Notes: generated by a model from the sequence alone, not told the origin. A DNA stretch of 64,000 nucleotides from Leucoraja erinacea (GCF_028641065.1 NC_073386.1:60946001-61010000); one strand, 5' to 3'. Positions 38,150 through 50,629 are shown, counted from the first letter of the stretch. Made by a program: numbers and translations.

Positions 38150-39559
38150 CTGGGAACAGAGAGAACCTGAGTTAGACTGAATCTGTCGATAATTCTGTAC
38201 TTACACAATACATTCCATTCTTATACTGACATGGACCACGTTTACATCCTGAGGGACCTCAGTTCACCTGAAACTAAAGGCTTTTCCTTTCTGCTCATTG
38301 TAGGGATGTATGGAATAGAAATCATGCCTCTGGTGCAATTTACAGGGCGGCATGGTGGCGCAGCGGTAGAATTGCTGCCTACAATGCAAGAGACATGGGG
38401 TTTGATCCCAACTATGGCTGGTGCCTGCATGGAGTTTGTACGTGACCGTGTGGGTTTTCTCCGGGTGCTCAGGTTTCCTCCCACACTACAAAAATGTACA
38501 TGTTCTCTGTATGGCGGGACTGTCATATGCTGAGAAAATGGAGTGGCTGGGCTTGTATACTCTGGAATTTAGATGGATGAGAAGGAATCTGATCGAAACA
38601 TAAGATTATTAAGGGTGTGGACACGTTAGTGGCAGGAAACATGTTCCCGACGTTCAGGGAGTCCAGAACCAGGGGCCACAGTTTAAGAATAAGTGTTAAA
38701 CTATTTTAAACAGAGATGAGGAAACACTTTTTCACACAGAGAGTTGTGAATCTGTGGAATTCTCTGCCTCAGAGGGCGGCGGAGGCCGATTTTCTGGCTA
38801 CTTTCAAGAGAGAGCTAGATAGGGCTCTTAAAGATAGCGGAGTCAGGGGATATGGGGAGAAGGCGGGATCGGGGTACTGATTGGGGATGATCAGCCACGA
38901 TCACATTGAATGGAGGTGCTGGCTCGAAGGGCCAAATGGCCTACTCCTGCACCTATTGTCTATTGTCTATTGTTTGTAGGCTAATTGACTTGGTTTAATT
39001 GTAAATTGTCCTTGGTATGTGATGGGTAATGTTAGTGTGCGGGGATCGCTGGTTGGCGTGGACTTGATGGGCCGAAGGTCGCTGTATCTCTAAACTAAAC
39101 TGAACTATAGCTTCCAGTGAGTTTAAATTGGTTAGTTAATCAACAGGAGCCACTGAATGCTGAGACTCTACAGAAAATGGAACCCAGCCCTTGGACCAGC
39201 CTGTTTCTGCGCTGTCTGTTCCATCTCCCCTTCTGCTTAAATGATTGGCTGGTGTTTGCCTCAAGTTCCCTGCCCTTCCAGTCCTGACTCAGTCTGTATC
39301 TCGGCTTGTGAAAGTTGCAATTCCCTCTCCCTCGATTCTATCTAAGCAACTCACGCTGAGGGAATAAGTGTGGTAATGGGCGAGGCTGTCGTGGTGACTT
39401 GGGATATTAATGATGTGGTTATTCAGCTGAGTTTAATCTTATTTTCACACTCTCTGACCATCTGTAAGTCCACCCAATATCCATTAGATATCCACTGGAG
39501 ATCAGAAAAATCCAAAAGAATCTGAGAAAAACTATGAAATTCTTAATCGGATTGATGAA

Positions 39560-40763
39560 GGGGAGCCAGTATATGTATTGTATCTAGACTTTCAGAAAGC
39601 CTTTGATAAGGTCCCGCACGGGAGACTGGAGACTAAAATTAGAGCACATGGTATTGGGTAGGGTGTTGCCGTAGATAGAAAATTGGTTGGCAGGCAGTAA
39701 GCAAAGAGTAGGAGTGAACAGGTCCTTTTCAGAATAGCAGGCAGTGGCGAGTGGAGTGCCGCAAGGCTCGTTGCTGGGGCCGCAACTGTTTACCATATAT
39801 ATTAATGATTTGGAAGGGGGAATTAGGAGCAACACTAGCAAGTTTGCGGATGACACAAAGCTGGGTGGCAGTGTGAACTGTGAAGAGGATGTTAGGAGGT
39901 TGCAGGGTGACCTGGACAGGTTGAGTGAGTGGGCAGATGCATGGCAGATGCAGTATAATATAGATAAATGTGAGGTTATCCACTTTGGTGGCAAAAACAA
40001 GGGGACAGATTATTATCTCAATGGGGTTAGGTAAGGGGGATGTACAGCGAGACCTGGGTGTCCTTGTACAACGGTCACTGAAAGTTAGCGTGCAGATACA
40101 GCAGGCAGTGAAGAAAGCTAATGGAATGTTGGCCTTCATAACAAGAGGATTTCAGTATAGGAGTAGAGAAGTTCTTCTGCAGTTGTACAGGGCTCTTGTA
40201 CGACCACATCTAGAGTATTGAGTAGAGTTTTGTCTCCTAATTTGTGGAAGGGCATCCTTGTGATTGAGGCAGTGCAGTGTAGGTTCACGAGATTGATCCC
40301 TGGGATGGCGGGACTGTCATCTGAGGAAAGATTGAAAAGACTAGGCTTGTATTCACTGGAGTTTAGAAGAATGAGGTGGGATCTTATAGAAACATATAAA
40401 ATTATAAAAGGACTGGACAAGCTAGAAGCAGGATAAATGTTCCCAATGTTGGGCGAGTCCAGAACTAGGGCTCAGTCTTAGAATCAAGGGGAGGCCATTT
40501 AAGACTGAGGTGAGAAAAAACTTTTTCATCCAGAGAGTTGTGAACTTGTGGAATTCCCTGCCACAGAGGGCAGTGGAGGCCAAATCACTGGATGGATTTA
40601 AGATACAGTTAGATGGAGCTCTAGGGGCTAGTGGAATCAAGGGATATTGGGAGAAGGCAGGCATGGGTTATTGATTGGGGACGATCAGCCATGATCACAA
40701 TGTATGGTGGTGCTGGGTCGTAGGGCCGAATGGCATCCTCCTGCACCTATTTTCTATGTTTCT
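39560..40763 (+). mobile_element. CR1 3' fragment in the CH5-CH6 intron
   Basis: SGVPQGSLLGP, FADD, CR1 3' UTR and tttctatg tail. Confidence 0.9.
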
Positions 40764-41164
40764 ACGAACAGGTGAGGCAGAGGAAGAATGTTTCAGATAT
40801 TGGGGAATCCAGGCCAGGAGATGACAGTCTGAGGTGAAGTTGTGTAGGTGTGAGAGGGGGAGAAATGTCTTCACACAGATATTGGTGAACCTGGACATTC
40901 TCTGCCACAGACAGCACTGAAGCCCAATTATTAGATATATGCAAGAATGAGTTGGATCCAGTTCTTAGGGTAAAGGGATCAAGGGATATGGAGAGAATGC
41001 AGGAAGAGAGTACTGAATATGGATGATCAGCCGTGCTCATATTGAATGTCTGTGCAGGATTGAAGGGCTGAATGGCCTGCTCCTGCAATTATTTTCTATG
41101 CTGGATGTGATAAGTGTGTCCATTTGCTCAGATCAGACTCGCACCAACCTCTGTCAACACGTAC

Positions 41165-41485
41165 CTGTCAGCTTCTTCAAAGATCTGCTCTCCTGTGTTG
41201 GCAAACTCTTGTCCTCCACAACACAGGTGTACAGAGCCCCACTCTCCCACTCTGCAGCGGGGACCGTCAGTCCGCTGGTGATGGTGTCTGTACCTCCGAT
41301 CCTCTCTACACCACGAGTTGTCACCCCGTCTTCTCTCTTCATTTCATTCACTTGCCAGGTGACCCTGAATCCCTCTAAATCACCGTGAACCACCTTACAC
41401 TGAATGGTGGCTGTCTTGTTGATCCAGATCTCTTCGAAGGAAGGTTTGCTTAAAGTGACCGAGGGGCGGGTATCTGAACATTCAT
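41165..41485 (-). CDS. IGHW: IgW CH5 exon
   Basis: Acceptor gatttctcccag|; DECSDTRPSVTLSKPSFEEIWINKTATIQC...W...EWESGALYTCVV...KKLT; donor G|GTACGT. 321 nt. Confidence 0.92.
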
Positions 41486-42112
41486 CTGGGAGAAATCACA
41501 TTTATTATGTCATCGTTCCCTGATGGAGCAGCTTGCCACTGAAGTATTTTGTGCACATCTCCACTGAATGATATGCTGGTCCCATCAACATCAGGGAGAT
41601 TTATCTACATTGGTGTAGGAATGAAGCTTCCTATTGATCCCACAAGGAAACCGTGCTAAACAATGTGAATTAACAAGTTGACTTTTACATTATTTGACAG
41701 TTATGTGATCACTGAACCTGCTACCAGCTATTTACTGAATCAAATGTATAAAATTCCCTCTGAGGAGAGGCAAATCGAGCTAATGTATGAGGTCAAAATG
41801 TTCAGTTCAGTTTAGTTTATTGTCACGTGTACAGAGGTACAGTGAAAAGCTTTTGTTGCGTGCTAACCAGTCAGCGGAAAGTTCTTCACTTTATATTATA
41901 AAATAGAAGCAGCAGCATTATTTTATTTAGTCGCGAGTGGACCGGAGTAGGATGAAGAAAGGTCTCGACTCAAAGCCTCACCTCCCCATGTCCTCCAGGG
42001 ATGCTGCCTGACCTGCTGAGTTACTCCAGCATATTGTGTCCTTTCATTTAGTCACAACTGTTTAAATGCATTTTGTATCCATGAGGTGTAACTAAACTCT
42101 CCTGCTGCTTTG

Positions 42113-42237
42113 TCAGAATGTAGTGTGTTGCAGCCGGCCTGTTCCAGAGGCTGCTACACATTGCCTAGACTGACTGTAGCCACTGGGGCAGGGAGAGAGC
42201 TGCTCTGCTGGACACCCTGTCACAGCTGAGGCACCCA
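42113..42237 (-). CDS. Candidate second interspersed secretory exon after CH4 (VGASAVTGCPAEQLSPCPSGYSQSRQCVAASGTGRLQHTTF*)
   Basis: Pyrimidine tract tctttccctctgcctttgtacttaatgccag|, open in phase 1, 3 Cys, similar length to the first secretory exon, and AATAAA (minus) at 41922-41927. Confidence 0.5.
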
Positions 42238-42481
42238 CTGGCATTAAGTACAAAGGCAGAGGGAAAGACCGTTTTGAAGAAGAGTAATGTGGATCTCCAC
42301 CGTGTCTGGCCTGCCGACTGGCTTGGATTGCCCTCAAGTTACTAAAGCAATGTCAAAGATACAATTATTTCTGTGGCCAGATTCACTTACAAGCCCACAA
42401 CAGGACTGCACCATGTTACAGTGCTGCCCATGTATGGCACAGTTTACAATGTGGAGAATGGAGTGAATCCCAGGAGCCTAC

Positions 42482-42799
42482 CTTGGATGTTCTTCACAAC
42501 CTTCGTGATGATGGTGTTGGAGGCGCGATGATACACTGTACAATTGAAACGTGAGCCTGACTTCCAATCCTCTGTACTCATGGTCAGGAAGTGGCTGGCA
42601 CTGAAAGTGCCCCCCTGCTCCAGAGCAGTTGGTGCAGCACTGGTGTTGTTGGAGATCAGGGCACCGTCTTTACTCCAAGTGACGTTGATGAGGTCTGGGT
42701 AGAATCCAGAGACCACACACTCGAGGGTGACCTTGTGGCTACGCTTGGTCTCTTCGTGTGCTGGAAGCAGCAGTCTGACTTCAGGTTTATTTGGCTCAA
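42482..42799 (-). CDS. IGHW: IgW CH4 exon
   Basis: Acceptor ttttgctctgttccag|; VEPNKPEVRLLLPAHEE...LECVVSGFYPDLINVTW...FNCTVYH...KNIQ; donor G|GTAGGC. 318 nt. Confidence 0.92.
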
Positions 42800-43341
42800 C
42801 TGGAACAGAGCAAAATAAATGTTAAACTCTCTCATAGAGACATAGAGTGATACAGTGTGGAAACAGGCCCTTCAGCCCAACTTGCCCACCCCGGCCAACA
42901 TGTCCCAGCTACATTAGTCTCTCCCGCCGTGCTTGGTACATGTTCCTCAAAACCTGTCCCTGTCTGTTTTTTTAATGTTAGGATAGTCCCTGCCTCAACT
43001 ACCTCCTCTGGCAGCTTGTTTCATACATCCACAACCCTTTGCGTGAAGAAGTTACCCCTCAGATTCCTATTAAATCTTTCCCCCTTCACCTTAAACCTAT
43101 GTCCTCTGGTACTCAATTCACCTACTCTGGGCAAGAGACTCTGTGCATCTATCCAATCTATTTCTCTCATGATTTTATACACCTCAATAAGATATTCCCT
43201 CATCCTCCGACACTCCAAGGAATAGAGTCCCAGCCCACTCAATCTCTCTATAGCTCTCTAGCCCTGGCAACATCCTTGTAAATCCTCTCTGTACCCTCTC
43301 TCTCTCTGTCACAGCCATTTAATCACTGATCTGTTGCCCAC

Positions 43342-43644
43342 CTTTGTTATGGTTGGTCCGCGCTGACACTGGTGAGGATGATGAAGATTGTTGGGCGAAG
43401 CACACAAACTCCACCCCGCTGGTCCACTCCTCGACGCTGGTCCGGAGTTCACTGGTCACAGGGTTTTGGGTGCCTTCATGGCTCGGTGTACGGGTCATAA
43501 CTCCTTCACTTCTCTCCTTTCCTCCCACCTTCCAGGTGAGATGGACCTGGCTCGGATCACTACAGATCACTGAACACACCAGCGTAGCGGTCTTGTTGAT
43601 CCAAATCTCTTTCATGCCAGGATTTTGAATGAAGACGGCCAATG
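43342..43644 (-). CDS. IGHW: IgW CH3 exon
   Basis: Acceptor tttctgatccacag|; ALAVFIQNPGMKEIWINKTATLVC...W...EEWTSGVEFVC...NHNK; donor G|GTGGGC. 303 nt. Confidence 0.9.
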
Positions 43645-43700
43645 CTGTGGATCAGAAATGGAAAAGTTCAGAATTTTAGTTGAGACTCATCTGTTATTAA

Positions 43701-44032
43701 AGGGCCTGTCCCACTTACGCAACTTTTTCGGCGACTGCCGGCACCCGTCATAGGTCGTCGCAGGTCGCCCAAAATGTTCAACATGTTGAAAATCCAGCGG
43801 TGACCAGAACAAGGTACGAACCATTGGGCGACTACTCATGACCATACAGGCTTCACCTATGTCGGCAGGGTGTCACCTGTATGGTCGTGAGTATTCTCCT
43901 CAGATGCCCAAAGAGCCGTAGCGCCGGTCTGGTCGTAGCTGAATTTTCAACGTTAACATTTTTCAGTGACCTGCTGCGACTATGACAGGTGCTGGCAATC
44001 GCAGAATAAATTGCGTAAGTGGCTCAGGCTCT
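43701..44032. mobile_element. PIF/Harbinger-type MITE upstream of CH3, same subfamily as 32225-32573
   Basis: Same TIR and internal sequence, TAA/TTA flanks. Confidence 0.85.
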
Positions 44033-46321
44033 TTATGGAAAGGCAGGGCAGAAATCCAAACAGGTGTCTCATAAAAGAACTTTAAGATGTTTATGACATC
44101 ACATAAAAGACTGATCAATGGCAGATCAAACTATACACTGGCTAGATTTATTGCAAACAGAATAGTAGAAAAACTTGTGTTAAATAGCAGGTTGAGTGTT
44201 TTGACTGAAAAAAACAGAACAAAGGATCCATCAACTGGGATTTGACTCTCTTTCCCATCACCATGATCAGCTGGTACATTACAAGGGCACAATTTGATAT
44301 GTGCTTTGCTTGGAACCCCTACTGCATCGATTAGTAATACTGAGCAACAGGAATGAGAAAAGCAACTTTTTTCCCTGTAGGCCAAGCCTGGGATTCCCTC
44401 AGTTTAAGAATGTCACATGCTGATATCACAGCCTTACTCTGACCATGTGTCTCACCATCTCTGAAACCTTCACCACAAACACAACCTTCAGTAAAGGTGT
44501 CAACTCTGGGCACTCGTAAGCCTGCACTCCTTTCACCTTTGTACCACTTGCTGTGTCACATTGCAGTGTTGCCCACAAACACCAAAACTCACTCAGCCAT
44601 AGACTGGTGTCAGTTTAGTGTGACTGTGCTCCAGTGAAGACTTTGAGGCGTTTCAGTAATTGATAGAAATGATCAGAAATAAATTAGTGGCTGACTCTCC
44701 AGCGACAGCAGAGCAAATCATAAATGGTTAGAAGTATCAAGGTCCCTCTCCTGCTGCAGATTGGGATGAAATTCTGCATTAGATGTATTTTCCCATTTCA
44801 CATCAGAATCATTGGGCGAGGAAGAGAATGATTTATTCATTCATTGCCCCTGACTGGCCTGCACTGCCACTTGTCTTCTGAAGCAGCATCATGAGTCTAG
44901 TTGCACTCAGCTCACTCTTGTGTGTGCACTGTTTACACACTTAGTCACTTGGACCACATGAGCTGATTTTGCTCTCAAACACTTATTGTGGAGTGTGATT
45001 AGGTTTGTGTCAGAATTGAAACTTTCAATGAGCCTGGAGATCAAAGCCTTCAGCTGCGTAGAAAGCAGAGTCTGTCTGACAGGAGACATAACATTTGTCA
45101 ATGTAAGATGTTGTCTATTTCACAACCCCTCCTTCTTTAAGCAAAATGGTGAGCAAATTCCTTTCAAAAATAGTTATGTGCATGGTATTAGTGTGGATGA
45201 CAGTTGTTGCAGTGTCATCAGAAATTTATAAGCCTAGTTTAACAGTGTGCAATGTTTTTGCTTTGTGAATCTTGTTTTAATCAGCAATGTGATATTGTTA
45301 AACATGTGTGTTTGCAAGATGCTCAATCCCGTCCCTTATCAGTGACAGTCGTGTAGTTCCACCATCGCGGTGTCGGGGGGAAACCGCCTCCTATGAAACC
45401 TGGCAGAGTATGGATACTCTCCATCCTGTCAAATGCTGGTATCTTCCACAAGAGACATTTTGTCTTGCTCATCCTTAGATGATTATAACCAAACACGTCC
45501 ATTCCTTGCAACATTCCTTGCATTCCCTGAGTTTCTCCTTTGGACTGAGGTTTGTGTCCCGGAGGTGGGTTAATAAATCTGTGGCAATTTGTGCTAACTA
45601 CAGTTTTCACCCAAAGCCAGTATAGGACAGGAGACCGGTTAGAGCCCTAGATCTTGCCTCACCAGTTTGCATTTATTATAGGGTCATCCTATTTTTTACT
45701 GAGCCACTTTGACATTTCACACCGTTTAGAAACATAGAAACATAGAAATTAGGTGCAGGAGTAGGCCATTCGGCCCTTCGAGCCTGCACCGCCATTTAAT
45801 ATGATCATGGCTGATCATCCAACTCAGTATCCCGTACCTGCATTCTCTCCATACCCTCTGATCCCCTTGGCCACAAGGGCCACATCTAACTCCCTCTTAA
45901 ATATAGCCAATGAACGGGCCTCAACTACCCTCTGTGGCAGAGAGTTCCAGAGATTCACCACTCTCTGTGTGAAAAAAGTTCTCCTCATCTCGGTTTTAAA
46001 GGATTTCCCCCTTATCCTTAAGCTGTGACCCCTTGTCCTGGAGATGTTTACCTTAAACATCTCCTGCCTTTCAATCTATGGGTGGTCCTTGCTGACTAGA
46101 ATCTGAGCATGAATAAATCTGGCCAGTGGCACTGGGATGTGAAGCAACAATGTCTGCAAATGAATGAATACACAGGCAACTAGTGGAAGGGAGAGGGAGA
46201 CAGCTTGAATTGGGTATTCTCCCCACTCTGGTACACTTTGATCCCAGTAGATACCAGGGGTTGGATTTGAATCTTATAAATGGGTAGTAATAATAGAATG
46301 ACAAATTCCATACGCAGCCAA

Positions 46322-46449
46322 TTACTTTATTTCACACTTTCCTGCCCAACAATGATACTGCTGGGTAGAACCATCTGAGAATGTCACTTTGAGATTACTC
46401 TGGTAGATGAACTTCGGCAGACACTTCGAACAGCCGGGACATTCTCCAC
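46322..46449 (-). CDS. IGHW: Cys-rich secretory exon of short-form IgW/IgX (GGECPGCSKCLPKFIYQSNLKVTFSDGSTQQYHCWAGKCEIK*)
   Basis: Acceptor tccatttccag|, phase 1, 5 Cys, stop TAA at 46324-46322. It resembles the skate IgX short-form tail as I recall it. Not in the ORF track. Confidence 0.88.
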
Positions 46450-46687
46450 CTGGAAATGGAAGATTAATTGATTTAAATGTTAAGAGATTTTTACCTCCTG
46501 TGTTGAGGAAAGAGGAGATTCACATATTCCCAGTCTGTGTCCTCAGTATTTATCAGCATAAGATTATGCCGACCACGATAAACTGCTTCACTTTATCCAG
46601 GATCAGACAATACTTTAAAGAGTGTGGAGATGAGTTCAAAAATAATCCAGGCACTGACATTTCAATGAAAGGGAAAGGGCAATCTAC

Positions 46688-47198
46688 AGGTGAGTTGGAC
46701 AGTTTGGGTGAGTGGGCAGATGCATGGCAGATACAGTTTAATGTGGATAAATGTGAGGTAGCAAAAATAGGAAGGCAGATTACTATCTTAATTGGGTCAA
46801 GTTGGGAAATGGGGAAGTACAATGGGATCTCGGGGTTCTTGTTCATCAGTCAATGAAAATAAGCATGCAGGTACTGCAGGGAGTGAAGAAAGCGAATGGC
46901 ATGTTGGCCTTTATAACAAGAGGAGTTGAGTATAGGAGCAAAGAAGTCCTTCTGCAGTTGTACAGGGCCCTAGTAGAGACCACACCTGGAGTATTGTGTG
47001 CAGTTTTGGTCCCCTAATGCGTGGAAGGACATTCTTGCTATTGAGGGAGTGCAGCGTAGGTTCATCAGGTTAATTCCCTGATTGGCGGGACTGTCATGTG
47101 CTGAGAGAATGGAGCGGCTGGGCTTGTATACCCTGGAGTTTAGAAGGATGAGAGGATATCTTATTGAAACATATAAGATTATTAAGGGTTTGGACACT
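46688..47198 (+). mobile_element. Doubly truncated CR1 fragment between CH1 and the short secretory exon
   Basis: EWADAWQ...KKANGMLAFI...LYTLEFRRMRG; it ends abruptly ~47 nt from the CH1 donor. Confidence 0.88.
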
Positions 47199-47245
47199 TT
47201 AGTTCTATCATCAGCTTTAAATGGACAACAAAATCTCACACTAAC

Positions 47246-47551
47246 CTTGAAGCTTCGAGAACGCCGTTATTACCATGTTGTCCGGCTTGGATCCTGCCTT
47301 GCAGTAGTAGGTTTTCCTGTTCCAATCTGCTACAGGGACTCGCAGCAAGCTGCTCATTGTGTACTTGTTGTTTTGTCCCAACACTGGTGGGTAATTTGTG
47401 ATTCCATCGTTGATGACCCCACAGCTGGTGGACCATGTCTGATTGATGACCTCAGGCAGGTAGTCCTTGACCAGACAGAGGATGCTGATCTCTTGTACAG
47501 ATTCTGTGTTGCAGGAAGAGGTGATGTGGACTGAAGGCAAAACCACATCCT
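47246..47551 (-). CDS. IGHW: IgW CH1 exon
   Basis: Acceptor tttccatttcag|; EDVVLPSVHITSSCNTES...ILCLVKDYLPE...W...YYCKAG...KLQ; donor G|GTTAGT. 306 nt, phase 1-1, C1-set motifs, and an N-terminal Cys suitable for light-chain linkage. Confidence 0.93.
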
Positions 47552-48254
47552 CTGAAATGGAAATAAATTAACAGTTGGTCCTATAGTAAATGGATTATTA
47601 CCAGCGCATGCAACAGGTTCATGCTGATTGCTGAGTGAATGCAGGTGATTCAAGCTGAGAGAAGGCCAGGCAGAGCAGACAAATAGTTCCTTTCCCAATC
47701 TCTTTCACACCGTGCATGACCAAGCAGTGAAATGCTGATCTCACACTGGGGAAGCAACATCTGCCAAACCAGAGGGACAAACCGGCCTGTGCTCTGGGTG
47801 ATGTGTCCCAGGTCAGGAACCACATGGTATGGTGCCAGATGGACCATATCTATAACCAGATCTATATCTATAAGCCTGAAGAAAGCACTGCCAGTCAGAA
47901 GCTACATTGTGAGCCACAACCACAGCCGTGTCACCGGACCGTGCGGTGGATGAAGAAGGACTCGCTGGTGCAGAGCAGAGACAATGGCGCCTGGTTTTAA
48001 GTTGAAATAACACAAAGTACTTGAGTAACCCAGCAGACTGAATCAGTCTGAAGAAGATTCCCCACCTCACCTATTGATGTTCTCCAGAGATGCTCCCTGA
48101 CCAGTTGAATTACTCCAGCACTTTGTGTCTTTTTGTGTATTAACCAGTATCTGCGTTCTTTGTTTCAACTACATATACGGGTAATACCTTTCTTGTTTAA
48201 AGCTACATTCGGCAATAATGGATACTATCCCCCCCACACCATGGTCCGTTAATA

Positions 48255-48850
48255 ATGAGGGTTTACTATTCAGAAGTTGGATGTTATACTAGAATGTTAC
48301 AAGAAATCGGTGAGGCTGAATTTTGAATACAATGTTGAGTTTTCATCAAGCTACTCTCGGAAAGATATCATTAGGCTAGAAGAGTGCTGAGAAGATTCAC
48401 AAGTATGTTGCCAGGACTCAAGGACCTGAGCTGGAGGGAAAAGTAGGGCAGGCTCGGACTTTACTCCTTTATACCTCTAGAAGGCAGAAGAGTGATCCTA
48501 TAAAGGTGTATAAAATCATGAGGGGAATAGATAGGGTGAATGCACAGTCTATTACACAGGATAGGGGAATCAAGATATAGGTGTAAGATGTGAGGAACAA
48601 GATTTAATGGGAATGTGTGGGGAACTTTCTCATACACAGGGTGGTGGATATATGGAACAGGCTGCCAGAGGAAACAGTTGAGGCAGGTACGATAACAGCA
48701 TTTAAAAGACACTTGGACAGATACATGGATAGGAAAATTAGAGGACATGAGGTAAACATGGGCAAGTGGGACTAGCATACATGGAACATCAGGCTGCCTT
48801 GCACAAGCTGAGCTGAAGGGCCTGTTTCCGTGCTGTATGACTCCATGTCT
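48255..48850 (+). mobile_element. Old CR1 3' fragment
   Basis: Degenerate ORF2 C-terminus and 3' UTR. Confidence 0.7.
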
Positions 48851-49201
48851 CTGAGTTATTAATGGGCTGGGAAATGCTTTGAGATGTCCTGGGGTTGTGG
48901 AAACCTTCAACAAAATAAAAAAACATCAAATAAAAGTGGAAATAGTGGTTGTCAGATACTGTACTGAAAGAGTTTGATGATAGAGCACTGAAGTGAAAGG
49001 GTGATTCTGCTTCTCTCCCCACAGATGCTGCCTGAGCTGTCGAGTGTTTCGTGCAGGAGGATCAATGATATCAGGCGGCGAGACTTGTAGCTCACAGTGT
49101 TTTCCATCCCGGGATCAGCAGGTGGTGAGTGCAGTTTAATTTGGATCAATGTTCCTAATGTGGTCAGGAGGTGGGTCAGAGACAGGAAAACACATCATAC
49201 T

Positions 49202-49350
49202 AGCAGCTGGGGTGAGGAGCTGGGTGCTGGGGGGAGGAGCTGGGTGCTGGGGGGAGGAGCTGGGGTGCTGGGGGGAGGAGCTGGGTGCTGGGGGGAGGAG
49301 CTGGGTGCTGGGGGGAGGAGCTGGGTGCTGGGGGGAGGAGCTGGGGTGAG
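49202..49350 (+). repeat. G-rich 20-bp tandem repeat (GAGCTGGGTGCTGGGGGGAG)x~6.5 in the JH-CH1 intron
   Basis: Directly visible: 8 AGCT and 6 TGCT motifs in ~150 bp. Confidence 0.95.
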
Positions 49351-50261
49351 AAGGGGCAATAAACTTCCCATCTGGGTTGCCATCCTGGGGGCATTTAGTG
49401 CCGATTGCGTTGCTGGGTCAGGGGTCAGAATTAGGCTCGACTGGGTAAGGACAATAGATCTCCTCCTCTGAGGGACAGCGGGGAAACTGAGAGGTCATCA
49501 TTACTGTGGATTTGTGCACAAAATCCAGGTTACTAACAAAAGAAAATCTGACACTGGTCCAATCTGTCCCAGATTATGAACAAAGTTTAAATTCCACAGT
49601 TGTTACGGAATTAAACTGGGGTCTGATTGTAGCCTGATGCACATCCATTGGATCACTGTAACTGTGGTGTCTCGGACAACATTTTCCCCTCACCAGCGGT
49701 ATGCCGATTCTGCTGTGTGCAGAGTGGATCCATAGTCCCTCCTTTACAACACGGCTCTATTGTGAACATGCCTCACTGCCTGTGAAGCGCTCGGGAACAC
49801 CATGAAAGGTGCTCTGTCAATCACTGAGATTCACTGAGACACCAGCAGCCCTGGTTAATGGAACGAAGCACGTGTTGGACAAACCCAGTCTGTCGGCTGG
49901 CGGAGGAGGGCAGCAAATTAGAGCCGTTCCTCCATCTGTGAACTGGGAAAAAGCAGTTCTTTTGTGCAGCAAAACCCACGTCAAAAACACCAAGCAACTC
50001 GACTCAGAATCTAAACTACAAGCATCAGTGAATTCACAATGAAGAATAAAAGGTATTGACTTACTAAGGATCTCTAAATGTTGAAATTCAATACAAGACG
50101 CAACGAAAACCTGGTGTACTAAACCCCACATCTACAGTAGAACCACGTACAACATTCTCTCATTACTTTCAAATCATTCATTATTGTGAACCTTTGTTTT
50201 TGAACCAGCATCAATGTGATTTACAATCTAGAGAATGTTCTGTGTTCTGAAGCATTTACAC

Positions 50262-50560
50262 AAGGAGTGTTTGACAGAGCAATGTAGAGGGAGCTCGACT
50301 CTGTGTCAAACACACTGTCCCTGCACTGGGAGAGAGTGTAGAGGGAACTTCACTCAGTGACTAACCCGTACCCTGGGTGTGTGTGGAGACAGGTTGGATG
50401 GAGCCTCACTCCTTGTCTAACCTGTGCTGTCCCTTCCCTGGGAGTGTTGGGACAGGAAGATGGAACTTTGTATCTAATCTGTAGCTGACAGCACAGTGAC
50501 ACGGGGAGATTTATTCTGCATTTGACTCATGCTCTGTCTGACCTGGATGTGTTTGATGGG
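50262..50560. repeat. Degenerate ~55-65 bp tandem repeat (GGAGTGTTTGA...GTGTAGAGGGAGCT...ACTCTG) in the JH-CH1 intron
   Basis: Recurring tgtagagggarct...actc and ggagtgtt motifs. Confidence 0.6.
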
Positions 50561-50629
50561 ATCGCTTTGCGAGAGCAGGTACTGGAGTCATAGCGTCATA
50601 GATTAATAGTGTGGAAACAGGCAGATTAA

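Noticed and set aside
44588-44775. Possible decayed exon with a hydrophobic LFLIISINY patch
   Set aside because: Stops in all frames; resemblance to a TM exon is too weak.
49097-49471. Repetitive Gly/Trp-rich ORFs
   Set aside because: Artefacts of the 20-bp tandem repeat in an intron.
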